Assembly: GCA_902800005.1 (NCBI GenBank) | Contig: CADCCP010000004.1 | Coordinates: 3,773 to 67,772, forward strand | Origin: an uncultured Ruminococcus sp. | GTDB lineage: Bacteria; Bacillota; Clostridia; Oscillospirales; Acutalibacteraceae | Length of the DNA: 64,000 nt | Direction: 5' to 3' | Shown here: piece by piece, positions 27,996 to 37,457 of the stretch | Numbering within the stretch: position 1 is the first letter of the stretch | How the letters are laid out: each line of letters opens with the position of its first letter | Translations under genes and position numbers: made by a program | The notes under the pieces: model-generated | Database searches by the model: none | What the model was told of the DNA's origin: nothing | What the model saw: only the letters and a program-made list of their open reading frames with translations

Positions 27996-28862
27996 ATGGA
28001 TATGCAGATGTTTGAAAATGAGCTTTTATCATACCTGCCTGATGCAGATGACAATATAAAAACCGTAATTTCATCTATGGAATACAGTCTGTCGGCAGGA
28101 GGCAAAAGGATCCGTCCTTTTCTTGTACTTGAATTTGCGAAACTCTGCGGCGGCTCTATGGAAAATGCCATGCCTTTTGCGTGTGCAGTCGAGATGATAC
28201 ACACTTATTCTCTCATACATGATGACTTGCCCTGCATGGATAACGACGATTTAAGACGTGGCAAGCCTACCAATCACAAAGTTTTCGGTGAAGCCGCTGC
28301 ATTGCTGGGCGGTGACGGTCTTTTGACTCTCGCATTTGAAACGGCTCTTTCCGAAAAAGCCGTTTCTCTCAACGGCTATGAAAAATGTGCAAAAGCAGCT
28401 TTATGCCTTGCAAAATATGCAGGAGCTGTCGGCATGATAGGCGGTCAGATAATCGACCTTGAAAGCGAAAATAAAACCATACCTCTTGAAACTTTGCAGA
28501 CAATGGACGAGAAAAAAACAGGTGCATTGATAGCGGCAGCTTGTGTCATGGGATGCATTTCGGCAGGAGCAAGCAATGAACAGATCAAGGCTGCAAAAGG
28601 CTATGCCATGAATATAGGGATCGCCTTTCAGATAGTTGACGATATGCTTGACGTAACTTCCGACACCGCTACTCTCGGTAAAACTGTCGGAAGCGACTTT
28701 GAAAACAATAAATCTACTTATGTATCTCTTTTAGGGCTTGACGAATGTAAAAAAATAAGCAGCGAACTTACAGATAAAGCTGTTGAATGTCTTGATAAAT
28801 TTGACGGAGATACAAGTGAACTCCGAAATTTTGCATATTATCTGCGTGACAGAAAAAAATAA
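27996..28862 (+). CDS. ispA: (2E,6E)-farnesyl diphosphate synthase / polyprenyl synthetase
   Basis: First DDxxD-type motif LIHDDLPCMDNDDLRRG and second motif FQIVDDMLD. Confidence 0.88.
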   Translation: MDMQMFENELLSYLPDADDNIKTVISSMEYSLSAGGKRIRPFLVLEFAKLCGGSMENAMPFACAVEMIHTYSLIHDDLPCMDNDDLRRGKPTNHKVFGEAAALLGGDGLLTLAFETALSEKAVSLNGYEKCAKAALCLAKYAGAVGMIGGQIIDLESENKTIPLETLQTMDEKKTGALIAAACVMGCISAGASNEQIKAAKGYAMNIGIAFQIVDDMLDVTSDTATLGKTVGSDFENNKSTYVSLLGLDECKKISSELTDKAVECLDKFDGDTSELRNFAYYLRDRKK

Positions 28863-28935
28863 TTGTATAAATCGGAATATTATAGTATTCAGCCTAACAA
28901 GTGAGGATTCCCACACCTTTACAGGCGGGAACGCT

Positions 28936-28978
28936 GTTTTGTTTGTCGTTGACAAACAAAACATGATAATGCTATAAT
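28936..28978 (+). promoter_or_regulatory. dxs promoter with a 12-bp perfect palindrome over the -35 box
   Basis: GTTTTGTTTGTC gtt GACAAACAAAAC (28936-28962). TTGACA (28949-54), 18 nt, TATAAT (28973-78). Confidence 0.55.
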
Positions 28979-29143
28979 AAAAGCGTCAGCAAGGGCGGAG
29001 TGCAGCGGTATCCCCTGCTGATGAGATTTCAATTCATACATGAGAACAGATCGGAACATCTTGAAGCAAGATGTAAAAGTCGTAACTCCATTTAACTGCC
29101 GTGCGTGGATTGAAACAAAACGATTTTTTGGAGCAGCTTAAAA

Positions 29144-31003
29144 ATGTCAGAAAATAGAATTTTAGATAATATCAGTTCTCCGTCAGATATTAAAAATCTC
29201 TCAGAGAACGATCTATATGAACTTGCGGACGAGATACGAACCGTCTTGATCGAGACCGTTTCTCAAAACGGCGGTCATTTAGCTTCAAATCTTGGTGTCG
29301 TTGAACTCACTCTTGCTATTCATAAAGTTTTCGATATGCCGAATGATAAGATAGTGTGGGATGTCGGTCATCAGGCATATACACACAAGATAATTACGGG
29401 ACGTAAAGATAAAATACACACTATCCGTAAGGAAAACGGTCTTTCCGGATTTCCGAAAAGAAGTGAAAGTCCTTATGACCATTTCGATACAGGTCACAGC
29501 AGCACTTCTATCTCGGCAGCTTTCGGTATTTCCTGTGCGGCTGACATCACAAAGGACAGCCATTATACGATAGCAGTTATCGGTGACGGTGCATTGTCAG
29601 GCGGTCTTGCATTCGAGGGACTCAACAATGCAGGCAGATATAAGAAAAATTTTATTATCATTCTAAATGACAATAAAATGTCCATTTCAAAAAATGTCGG
29701 CTCTATGGCAAAGTACCTGACAAAAACAAGAATAAAGCCATCTTATCTTGATGCAAAATCAAGAGTGCAGACATTTCTTGAAAAAATTCCCGTTGTAGGG
29801 AATTCCCTTGCCAACACGGTGAGAAAATTAAAAGACTGGGTAAGAGATGAATTTTTCGGTCACAGAAACAATATCTTTGAGCAAATAGGCTTTACTTATT
29901 ACGGTCCTTTTGACGGGCATAATATTCCTCAACTTGTGACAGCTCTAAAAGCAGCCAAAAGAAGAAAAGGTCCTGTATTGGTTCATGTATGTACAAAAAA
30001 AGGAAAGGGTTATGAATTTGCGGAAAAAAATCCCAAAGATTTTCACGGCATATCTTCCTTTGACATTGACACGGGTGAACCAAAAAGTTCCGCAAAAGGC
30101 TACTCATATATTTTCGGTCAATATCTTTGCAAACTTGCTGAAAAAGATAAAAATATATGTGCGATCACAGCCGCCATGTCATCGGGTACAGGTCTTGAAG
30201 GATTTGCCAAAAACTATAAAGACAGATTCTTTGATGTGGGGATAGCTGAAGAACACGCCGTCACCTTTGCAGGCGGTCTTGCAGCAGGTGAAGTGATACC
30301 TGTATTTGCCGTTTACTCAACCTTTTTGCAGAGAGCTTACGACCAAATCTTACATGATGCGGCTTTGCAAAATCTTCATGTAGTCCTTGCCATAGACCGT
30401 TCCGGCATTGTCGGTGAGGACGGTGAGACCCATCAGGGTATTTTTGATGTGGCTTTTCTCAATACCATTCCAAATGTGACCATTTATGCTCCGTCAAGCT
30501 TCAAAGAACTTGAACTCATGCTTGACAAGGCGATCTATGATACAAAAGGCACTGTTGCCGTCAGATACCCAAGAGGAAGCGAAAGCTATCTTCCCGATAA
30601 TTTTGAGCCGTCTGCCGAGCCTTACACACTTTACGGTGACATTGACAGTGATGATTTAGTGATAACCTACGGAAGAACTTTTTCCGATGTCTGTCTTGCC
30701 AGAGATGAGATCGACAGAAAAGTCTGTATTCTCAAACTCAACAGGATAAAGCCCGTTTCGGAAAAGGCTTTTGAGATCGCATTGAATTATAAAAGAGTAT
30801 TCTTTTTTGAGGAAGGCATCAAAAGCGGCGGTGTCGGTGAAAAATTCGGTTTTGCACTGTATCAGTCGGGCTTTCGGGGAAAATATCATCTTACGGCAAT
30901 AGAAAATTACGTTACTCAAAGTACAACAAGATCAGCTTTACATAAATGCGGTCTTGATACGGAAAGCATAAAACTTAAATTAGAAATTAGGAATGAGGAA
31001 TGA
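29144..31003 (+). CDS. dxs: 1-deoxy-D-xylulose-5-phosphate synthase
   Basis: GGHLASNLG, WDVGHQAY, GDGALSGG (TPP motif) and IAEEHAVTFAGG. Confidence 0.95.
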   Translation: MSENRILDNISSPSDIKNLSENDLYELADEIRTVLIETVSQNGGHLASNLGVVELTLAIHKVFDMPNDKIVWDVGHQAYTHKIITGRKDKIHTIRKENGLSGFPKRSESPYDHFDTGHSSTSISAAFGISCAADITKDSHYTIAVIGDGALSGGLAFEGLNNAGRYKKNFIIILNDNKMSISKNVGSMAKYLTKTRIKPSYLDAKSRVQTFLEKIPVVGNSLANTVRKLKDWVRDEFFGHRNNIFEQIGFTYYGPFDGHNIPQLVTALKAAKRRKGPVLVHVCTKKGKGYEFAEKNPKDFHGISSFDIDTGEPKSSAKGYSYIFGQYLCKLAEKDKNICAITAAMSSGTGLEGFAKNYKDRFFDVGIAEEHAVTFAGGLAAGEVIPVFAVYSTFLQRAYDQILHDAALQNLHVVLAIDRSGIVGEDGETHQGIFDVAFLNTIPNVTIYAPSSFKELELMLDKAIYDTKGTVAVRYPRGSESYLPDNFEPSAEPYTLYGDIDSDDLVITYGRTFSDVCLARDEIDRKVCILKLNRIKPVSEKAFEIALNYKRVFFFEEGIKSGGVGEKFGFALYQSGFRGKYHLTAIENYVTQSTTRSALHKCGLDTESIKLKLEIRNEE

Positions 31004-31004
31004 A
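30984..31004 (+). repeat. solo GGAATGA-type arm forming the 3' end of dxs
   Basis: aaattaggaatgaggaatgaa is identical over 21 nt to 3041-3061. It encodes the last residues IRNEE and the TGA stop of dxs. Confidence 0.85.
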
Positions 31005-31030
31005 CATTGCTATAAGGGGGGTGGATTTGA

Positions 31031-31840
31031 ATGTCTGCCAAAAAACGTCTTGATATACTTGTATATGAACGGGGCTTTGCGGAAAGCCGTGAAAAAGCAA
31101 AAGCAATAATTATGTCGGGCATTATCTACGTTGACAATCAGAAGTCCGACAAACCCGGTACAACTTATAATGAAGATGTCAAAATAGAAATGCGTGGAAA
31201 TAAACTGAAATATGTCAGTCGTGGCGGTCTGAAACTTGAAAAAGCCGTCGATGTATTCGGTCTTGATCTGCAAAATAAAATATGTATGGATATAGGTGCT
31301 TCAACGGGCGGTTTTACTGACTGTATGCTGCAGAACGGAGCTAAAAAAGTCTATTCCATAGATGTCGGTCACGGTCAGCTTGACTGGAAACTCAGAAACG
31401 ATGAAAGAGTTGTAAATCTTGAACGTACCAACGTCCGTTACGTCACAAAAGAACTGATCCCCGATGAGATCGACTTTTTCAGTGTTGACGTTTGTTTCAT
31501 ATCGCTTTGTCTGGTGTTGCCTGCCGTAAGACCTCTGCTTAAAAAAGATTGTACAGCCGTGTGTCTTATAAAACCGCAGTTTGAAGCAGGCAGAAATAAT
31601 GTCGGCAAAAACGGTGTCGTCAGGGATAAGAATGTCCACAAAGAAGTTATCAAAAAAATATATGATTTCTGCCTTGCCAACGGTTTTGATGTACTTGACT
31701 TGGACTTTTCTCCAATAAAAGGTCCGGAGGGAAATATTGAATATCTTCTTTATATCAGAAAATCGGATATTCCCTCTGCACTCAAAGAAATAAATATATA
31801 TGAGGTCGTGGAAAACTCCCACAACTCTCTCGACAAGTAA
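31031..31840 (+). CDS. tlyA: TlyA family rRNA (cytidine-2'-O)-methyltransferase
   Basis: N-terminal S4 domain (KRLDILVYERGFAESREKA) and the SAM motif DIGASTGGFTD. Confidence 0.87.
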   Translation: MSAKKRLDILVYERGFAESREKAKAIIMSGIIYVDNQKSDKPGTTYNEDVKIEMRGNKLKYVSRGGLKLEKAVDVFGLDLQNKICMDIGASTGGFTDCMLQNGAKKVYSIDVGHGQLDWKLRNDERVVNLERTNVRYVTKELIPDEIDFFSVDVCFISLCLVLPAVRPLLKKDCTAVCLIKPQFEAGRNNVGKNGVVRDKNVHKEVIKKIYDFCLANGFDVLDLDFSPIKGPEGNIEYLLYIRKSDIPSALKEINIYEVVENSHNSLDK

Positions 31841-31852
31841 ACGGTGATTATC

Positions 31853-32722
31853 ATGAGCAGAATAAAAAGTATTGCTATCATGCCTAATCTGACAAAAAAA
31901 GATGCCTATGAAACGTCTCTCAGGGCAGTCAAGATGCTGACCGATATGGGATTTCGTCTGTTGATGGAATGCTCTCTCAGCAGACTTTATGATTCCGATA
32001 ATATCCTGTTTTTCGGAAGTGAATTCACCATGCTGAAATCATGCGATATGGTGCTGACTATCGGCGGTGACGGTACTATAATCCATGCTGCAAGAGAGGC
32101 TGCTCCCCTTGATAAGCCGCTTTTGGGCATCAACACGGGCAGATTGGGATTTGTTGCCGAACTCGAACCCAATGAACTCGATATGCTTCAAAGGATCGCT
32201 GACGGCAATTACAGCATTGAAAAAAGAATGATGCTGAAGATCACACATAAAAACAATGAATATGATGCCATGAATGATGCAGTCATTTCAAGAGGCTCTC
32301 TTTCAAGACTCATCGATATAGATGTATCACTTGCAGAGGACGGCGGCTATATATGCAGTTATCGTGCAGACGGGCTTATTATTTCAACTCCGACAGGCTC
32401 AAGTGCTTATTCGCTGGCAGCAGGAGGTCCTGTAGTCGAGCCTGCCATGAAGTGCATTGTCATGACACCCGTATGTTCACACTCGCTTTTTGCAAGACCT
32501 GTCGTGTTCAGCCACAGATCCCGTCTTGCGGTCAGTGCCTCCTGCGATGACAATACACAAGTCTATTTGACTCTTGACGGTGCAAAAACCATTACAATAG
32601 CCCGTTCTGATGTGATACATATCACCTCTTCAAAAACAGAGACTAAATTCATAAAACTCAAAGACAAAACTTTTTATAAAGTCCTTAACGATAAGTTTAC
32701 AGAGAAAGGCAGACAGGCATGA
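31853..32722 (+). CDS. nadK: NAD kinase
   Basis: GGDGT motif (TIGGDGTIIHAAR) and ISTPTGSSAYSLAAGGP. Confidence 0.88.
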   Translation: MSRIKSIAIMPNLTKKDAYETSLRAVKMLTDMGFRLLMECSLSRLYDSDNILFFGSEFTMLKSCDMVLTIGGDGTIIHAAREAAPLDKPLLGINTGRLGFVAELEPNELDMLQRIADGNYSIEKRMMLKITHKNNEYDAMNDAVISRGSLSRLIDIDVSLAEDGGYICSYRADGLIISTPTGSSAYSLAAGGPVVEPAMKCIVMTPVCSHSLFARPVVFSHRSRLAVSASCDDNTQVYLTLDGAKTITIARSDVIHITSSKTETKFIKLKDKTFYKVLNDKFTEKGRQA

Positions 32723-33186
32723 AAATAGAACGACAAAACAAAATACTTGAACTGATAAAGAACAACGATATTGAAACACAGTCCGAACTGCTTGAAAAGC
32801 TCAATGCGGCAGGCTTCACCGCAACACAGGCGACCGTTTCAAGAGACATCAAAGAAATGCGTCTCATCAAGATACCAAGCAGCAAGGGCGAATACAAATA
32901 TGCGGCAGACACCGTATCCGAAGAAGAACAACAGGCACATTCCTATCTGTTTTCGACTGCCGTTACAAGCATCGACTATTCTCACGGACTCGTTGTCATC
33001 AAAACAAATGTAGGCATGGCTCAGGCAGTCTGTGCGGCACTCGATTCCAAAAACCGTGCAGGTGTCATGGGGACTATCGCCGGAGACGATACCATATTTG
33101 TCGCCACACGCTCGGATTCCGCTTCTGCCGGGCTTGTTTCCGACCTCAAAAAACTCATGTCCTCAAAAATCAGGAACGAGAAATGA
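32719..33186 (+). CDS. argR: arginine repressor
   Basis: Winged-helix N-terminus (RQNKILELIKNNDIETQSELLEKL...ATVSRDIKEM) and C-terminal GTIAGDDTIFV. Confidence 0.9.
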   Translation: MKIERQNKILELIKNNDIETQSELLEKLNAAGFTATQATVSRDIKEMRLIKIPSSKGEYKYAADTVSEEEQQAHSYLFSTAVTSIDYSHGLVVIKTNVGMAQAVCAALDSKNRAGVMGTIAGDDTIFVATRSDSASAGLVSDLKKLMSSKIRNEK

Positions 33187-33199
33187 GGAGTGAGAAATT
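33169..33199 (+). repeat. purine-rich heptad run bridging the argR stop and the recN start
   Basis: AGGAACG AGAAATG AGGAGTG AGAAATT (33172-33199). It supplies the argR codons IRNEK, the TGA stop, and the GGAG RBS of recN (ATG at 33200). Confidence 0.7.
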
Positions 33200-34855
33200 A
33201 TGTTAAAAAATCTGTATATAGAAAATATTGCCGTCATAGAAAAAACAAGCATTGATTTTACAGGCGGTCTGAATGTTTTGACAGGTGAGACCGGTGCAGG
33301 AAAATCCATTGTCATAGATTCTATAAATGCCGTTCTGGGAAACAGGACTTCCCGTGACCTCATCAGAAACGGTGCTGAAACTGCCTTCGTCAGTGCGGAA
33401 TTTGAGGACATTTCCCCTAAAGCCGAACAGGTACTCAATGAATACGGCTTTGAAACGGATGACGGTACAGTTATGATACAAAGAGAAATTTCTCAAAATT
33501 CCAAAGGAAAGTGCCGTATCAACGGCAGACCTGCAACTGTCGGCACTCTCAAAGCTGTCGGTACTTATCTTATAAATATCCACGGTCAGCATGAAAGCTA
33601 TGAACTTATGTCCCCCGATCTGCACATCAACTACATTGATAAACTCGGCGGTCTGCAAGCTGACATTGACGAATATGTCAAAGTCTATAAAGAATATCAT
33701 GCATTGCAGTCACAGCTTGATAAAGCAGAGTTTGACGAGGCGGAAAGAAACCGTAAAATTGATCTGCTTCAATATCAGGTGGACGAACTTGAACAAGCTG
33801 ATATGTATGTGGGCGAATATGAAGAACTCAAAGAACAGCGTACTCTCATTGAAAATAAGGAAAAGATCGCCAATGCCCTCAATGAAGCCCATTCTCTTTT
33901 GAATGGCGGTGAGGACACGGGCGGTATTCTTGAACAGCTTGAAACGGCGTGTTCGTCAATTGAAAGCATTATGGAGTATATGCCCGACACGGAAGATGTT
34001 TATAAGCGTATACAAAGTGCATTATATGAACTTGAGGACTGCACGAGCGAGATCACCGGACTTGCAGACTCTGCCGACTCCGATGTCGGTGACTTGGAAG
34101 AGATCGAGGACAGAATAGACCTCATTCAAAGGCTTTCGAGAAAATACGGCAATTCCATAGAGGAAATGCTTCAATTCCTTGCAAACGCCAGACAGGAATT
34201 GGACTATCTTGAGAGATATGAGGAAAACCGTGAACAGCTTAAAGCAAACTGCCAAAAGGCATTGAAACAGGCTGAAAAGCTTGCCGAAGGTCTTTCACAG
34301 AAACGTAAAGAAATTGCTGTACAGTTTTCTGCCCGTGTCAAAGAGGAAATGACATTTCTTGATATGCCGAATGTCGAACTTGTTGTCAGCCAAAAGAAAT
34401 GCACTTTGAACTCTCTCGGCTGTGATGACATTGAGATACTTATATCAACGAATGTCGGTGAAGAACCAAAGCCTGTTGCAAAGATCGCTTCGGGCGGTGA
34501 ACTTTCAAGAATGATGCTTGCAATTAAAAACGTGCTTGCCGACAAGGACGAAATTGATACACTCATCTTTGATGAAGTCGATACGGGCATCAGCGGAAGT
34601 GCCGCTCAGAAAGTCGGCTTGAAATTAAAGGAAGTTTCAAAGAGCCGTCAGGTATTGTGTGTCACCCATCTTGCACAGATCGCAGCTTTGGCTGACAGTC
34701 ACTTTAAAATTCGGAAAAATGTCAGTGACGGCAAGACATATACCAATGTCACCCCCCTTGACCATGACGGCAGACGTGACGAACTGGCAAGGATCATCGG
34801 CGGCGTTGAGATCACTCAGGCTACCCTTGACTATGCCGAAGAAATGCTTAAATAA
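33200..34855 (+). CDS. recN: DNA repair protein RecN
   Basis: Walker A GETGAGKS, long coiled coil, and C-terminal ASGGELSRMMLA / LIFDEVDTGISG. Confidence 0.93.
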   Translation: MLKNLYIENIAVIEKTSIDFTGGLNVLTGETGAGKSIVIDSINAVLGNRTSRDLIRNGAETAFVSAEFEDISPKAEQVLNEYGFETDDGTVMIQREISQNSKGKCRINGRPATVGTLKAVGTYLINIHGQHESYELMSPDLHINYIDKLGGLQADIDEYVKVYKEYHALQSQLDKAEFDEAERNRKIDLLQYQVDELEQADMYVGEYEELKEQRTLIENKEKIANALNEAHSLLNGGEDTGGILEQLETACSSIESIMEYMPDTEDVYKRIQSALYELEDCTSEITGLADSADSDVGDLEEIEDRIDLIQRLSRKYGNSIEEMLQFLANARQELDYLERYEENREQLKANCQKALKQAEKLAEGLSQKRKEIAVQFSARVKEEMTFLDMPNVELVVSQKKCTLNSLGCDDIEILISTNVGEEPKPVAKIASGGELSRMMLAIKNVLADKDEIDTLIFDEVDTGISGSAAQKVGLKLKEVSKSRQVLCVTHLAQIAALADSHFKIRKNVSDGKTYTNVTPLDHDGRRDELARIIGGVEITQATLDYAEEMLK

Positions 34856-34944
34856 GTGCGGAGCAAGTGACTGTTCCGACTTTTTGCAGAAAACTGCACT
34901 TATAAAAAAGTGGATATTGAAAGTCAAGCGGAGAATTTAACAGC

Positions 34945-34972
34945 TGCACTCTCAACACTCCACTCTACATTG
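34945..34972 (+). repeat. solo pyrimidine-rich heptad arm upstream of the HIT gene RBS
   Basis: TGCACTC TCAACAC TCCACTC TACATTG, the same units as the right arm at 8290-8317. Only a degenerate partner lies upstream. Confidence 0.6.
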
Positions 34973-34987
34973 AAAGGAGTTTTTTAA

Positions 34988-35329
34988 ATGGATTGTTTAT
35001 TTTGCGAGATCGTGAAGGGAAATATCCCCTCAAAGAAGGTCTATGAAGATGAAAGCGTTTTTGCTTTCTGGGACATTGCACCGATGGCACCTGTTCATGT
35101 ACTGATAGTGCCGAAAATGCACATTTCCTCTGTCAATGAAGTGACAAGCGAAAACAGTGCCGTTATCTCCCACATCTATGAAGTTGCCGCACAGCTTGCC
35201 AAAGAACTCGGCGTTGCCGAAGACGGTTACAGGATCGTCACCAACTGCGGTAAAAATGCAGGTCAGACTGTTTTTCATCTGCATTTTCATCTGCTCGGCG
35301 GCACTGCACTCAAAGTTGAAATGTGCTGA
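34988..35329 (+). CDS. HIT family (histidine triad) nucleotide-binding protein
   Basis: HLHFHLLGG histidine triad; 113 aa. Confidence 0.88.
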   Translation: MDCLFCEIVKGNIPSKKVYEDESVFAFWDIAPMAPVHVLIVPKMHISSVNEVTSENSAVISHIYEVAAQLAKELGVAEDGYRIVTNCGKNAGQTVFHLHFHLLGGTALKVEMC

Positions 35330-35348
35330 TAACATGGAGGTTTAAAAA

Positions 35349-37457
35349 ATGGAGCGACCGTTTGCAGTCATTGGGATATGTTATATAACTGCACTGGCGG
35401 TCGCTCTGATTTTCGGCTATGGCAGTTTTATCATTCTTTGTGCAGTGTTTCTTGTGGGTTTTGCGGTGTGCCTTATCTCAAAAAAGTCAAGAAAATTTGC
35501 GATCATCTTCATGACCGCCTTTACAGCAGTTTTGATGCTGTGGGGATATACCGATGCTTATATCATGCCGAATTCATCACTCAAAGGCGAAAATGTTGAA
35601 ATTACAGGTGAACTTGTCGAACTGCCGTACAAATATTATGACCGTTATTACTACAAAATCAAAACAAGTCAGCAAACTGTCCTTGTATCATCGAGATACA
35701 AGATAAAAATAGAGCCTTATGATACTTTAAAGGCAACTGTACGTTTCTACGGTGAAACAGATGTATCTCAGGACTTATATAACTTTTCCAAAGGCATTAC
35801 CATTCGTGCAAGCATTGACACGTTAAAACCAAAAACTGTCATAAAAAATGACAATAAACCTTTGTATTACCATGCACTCATAGCAAGGCAATATATCACC
35901 GACAGGATAAATGCACTTTTGCCGGAACGTGAAGCAGGCTTTGTAAATGCCCTGCTGACAGGTGATAAATATCAGCTCAAAAATGATGATAAGCAGATAC
36001 TGCGTAAGGCAGGTATTTCTCATATTGTTGCTATATCGGGCTTTCACGTTGCCGTCATGACACATTTACTATTTGGATTTTTCATGTTTATAACATACAG
36101 GAGAAAAAAATTATCCTCTGTTCTGTGCATTGTTTTCTTGTTCCTGTACATGGCGATAGAGGGATTTCATTTACCTGTTGTTCGTGCAGGGATTATGCAG
36201 GCTTTCATTCTAACCGCCAATGTCGTTTCAAGAAGATCCGACTCTTTCAATATACTCGGCTTATCTGCACTTGTGATATGCTTTATAAATCCGTATGCAG
36301 TCGCTGATGTGAGTTTTATAATGTCTTTCAGTGCCACTTTCGGTATTCTTCTCATCAGCCGTAAAATTGTCGCCCGGACACTTGAACGCATTTCTGCCGA
36401 CAAACTTGAAATCCTCATAAAAGCTCTTGTCAATATCTTTGCAGTATCTCTTTCGGCATATATTTTTATATTGCCTGCTGTTATCGTATTTTTTAAACAG
36501 ACCGCTGTCTATGCAGTCATTACCAATCTTTTTGTGAGCCTTGCCGTGACATTTCTCATATACACTGCTGTTTTCATGGTCATTACAGGCTTTCCTCTGC
36601 TTGCATGGACAGCCTGCTTTCTGACAGATCACATTTTTAACGTGGCAAAGGCTGTTGCAGACCTGCCCTTCTCCCTTATCGTCACTTCACAGGAATTTGT
36701 ACCTTTTTGGCTCATGACCGCCGTTATTGCAGGCTTGACGATCATATTTCTGAAACTCCGTGAAAAAGCCGTCAAGTATTATGCGATCGTGACCGTCATG
36801 TCATTTATTGTCCTCTCTGTCGGTGACAGCTTTATGAAAAACGGCAGTACAAAAATATCCGTTCTTGATGCAGGTGACGGCATATCGTGTATTGTCGGCT
36901 ATGACAATAAAACATATCTGCTTTCATGCGGTGGAAGCTACTACAGGGCAAATGCACTTAATGACTATCTGACGGACAGCGGTGTTGACAGGATAACATA
37001 TATGCTTCTGCTTGATGACAGGCAAGCCTGCACCGGATATGCAAAACGTGTTCTTGAAAACTATGAGATCGAAACTGTACAGGTCTTTGATGAAGCACAG
37101 TACACTGAAAACATAAAACTGCTTTTATCCGATGCGGACGGAAAAACCGATAAACCGACTGTCTGCATAGATGATGTGGAAATACAGGTCAAAAAAAAGA
37201 AAAACTGCATGGCTGTAAAAGCAGATTTCGGCAATTTGAGGATACTTATTGCACACAGCAAAACCGATTGTGCAGATCTGCCTGAAAACTGGCTCGACAC
37301 GGATATTTTCATATTCAACGGCAATATCGAAAATATAAACATGGTTCATTCATTGGTCAAGATCGTATCAGATGAAAGTGATACGGGCAATTATGCTTTA
37401 AGGGCATACAAAAACGGAAATATCAACATCAGGAGGGAAAACGGTTGGCTAAACTGA
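35349..37457 (+). CDS. comEC: ComEC/Rec2 family DNA internalisation channel protein
   Basis: 702 aa polytopic protein with competence-domain motifs (GISHIVAISGFHV) and a C-terminal MBL-like region. Confidence 0.85.
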   Translation: MERPFAVIGICYITALAVALIFGYGSFIILCAVFLVGFAVCLISKKSRKFAIIFMTAFTAVLMLWGYTDAYIMPNSSLKGENVEITGELVELPYKYYDRYYYKIKTSQQTVLVSSRYKIKIEPYDTLKATVRFYGETDVSQDLYNFSKGITIRASIDTLKPKTVIKNDNKPLYYHALIARQYITDRINALLPEREAGFVNALLTGDKYQLKNDDKQILRKAGISHIVAISGFHVAVMTHLLFGFFMFITYRRKKLSSVLCIVFLFLYMAIEGFHLPVVRAGIMQAFILTANVVSRRSDSFNILGLSALVICFINPYAVADVSFIMSFSATFGILLISRKIVARTLERISADKLEILIKALVNIFAVSLSAYIFILPAVIVFFKQTAVYAVITNLFVSLAVTFLIYTAVFMVITGFPLLAWTACFLTDHIFNVAKAVADLPFSLIVTSQEFVPFWLMTAVIAGLTIIFLKLREKAVKYYAIVTVMSFIVLSVGDSFMKNGSTKISVLDAGDGISCIVGYDNKTYLLSCGGSYYRANALNDYLTDSGVDRITYMLLLDDRQACTGYAKRVLENYEIETVQVFDEAQYTENIKLLLSDADGKTDKPTVCIDDVEIQVKKKKNCMAVKADFGNLRILIAHSKTDCADLPENWLDTDIFIFNGNIENINMVHSLVKIVSDESDTGNYALRAYKNGNINIRRENGWLN

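Noticed and set aside
28979-29143. TPP (THI-box) riboswitch upstream of dxs
   Set aside because: No CUGAGA or ACCUGAUCUGGAUAAUGCCAGCG-like core is visible, so it is kept only as an unassigned leader.
31301-31822. 173-aa - strand ORF (and similar antisense ORFs at 33203-33700, 9893-10354, 7657-8109, 12521-12998, 57787-58230 and 60026-60367)
   Set aside because: All lie within, and antisense to, confidently identified genes, and they lack RBSs and recognisable motifs.
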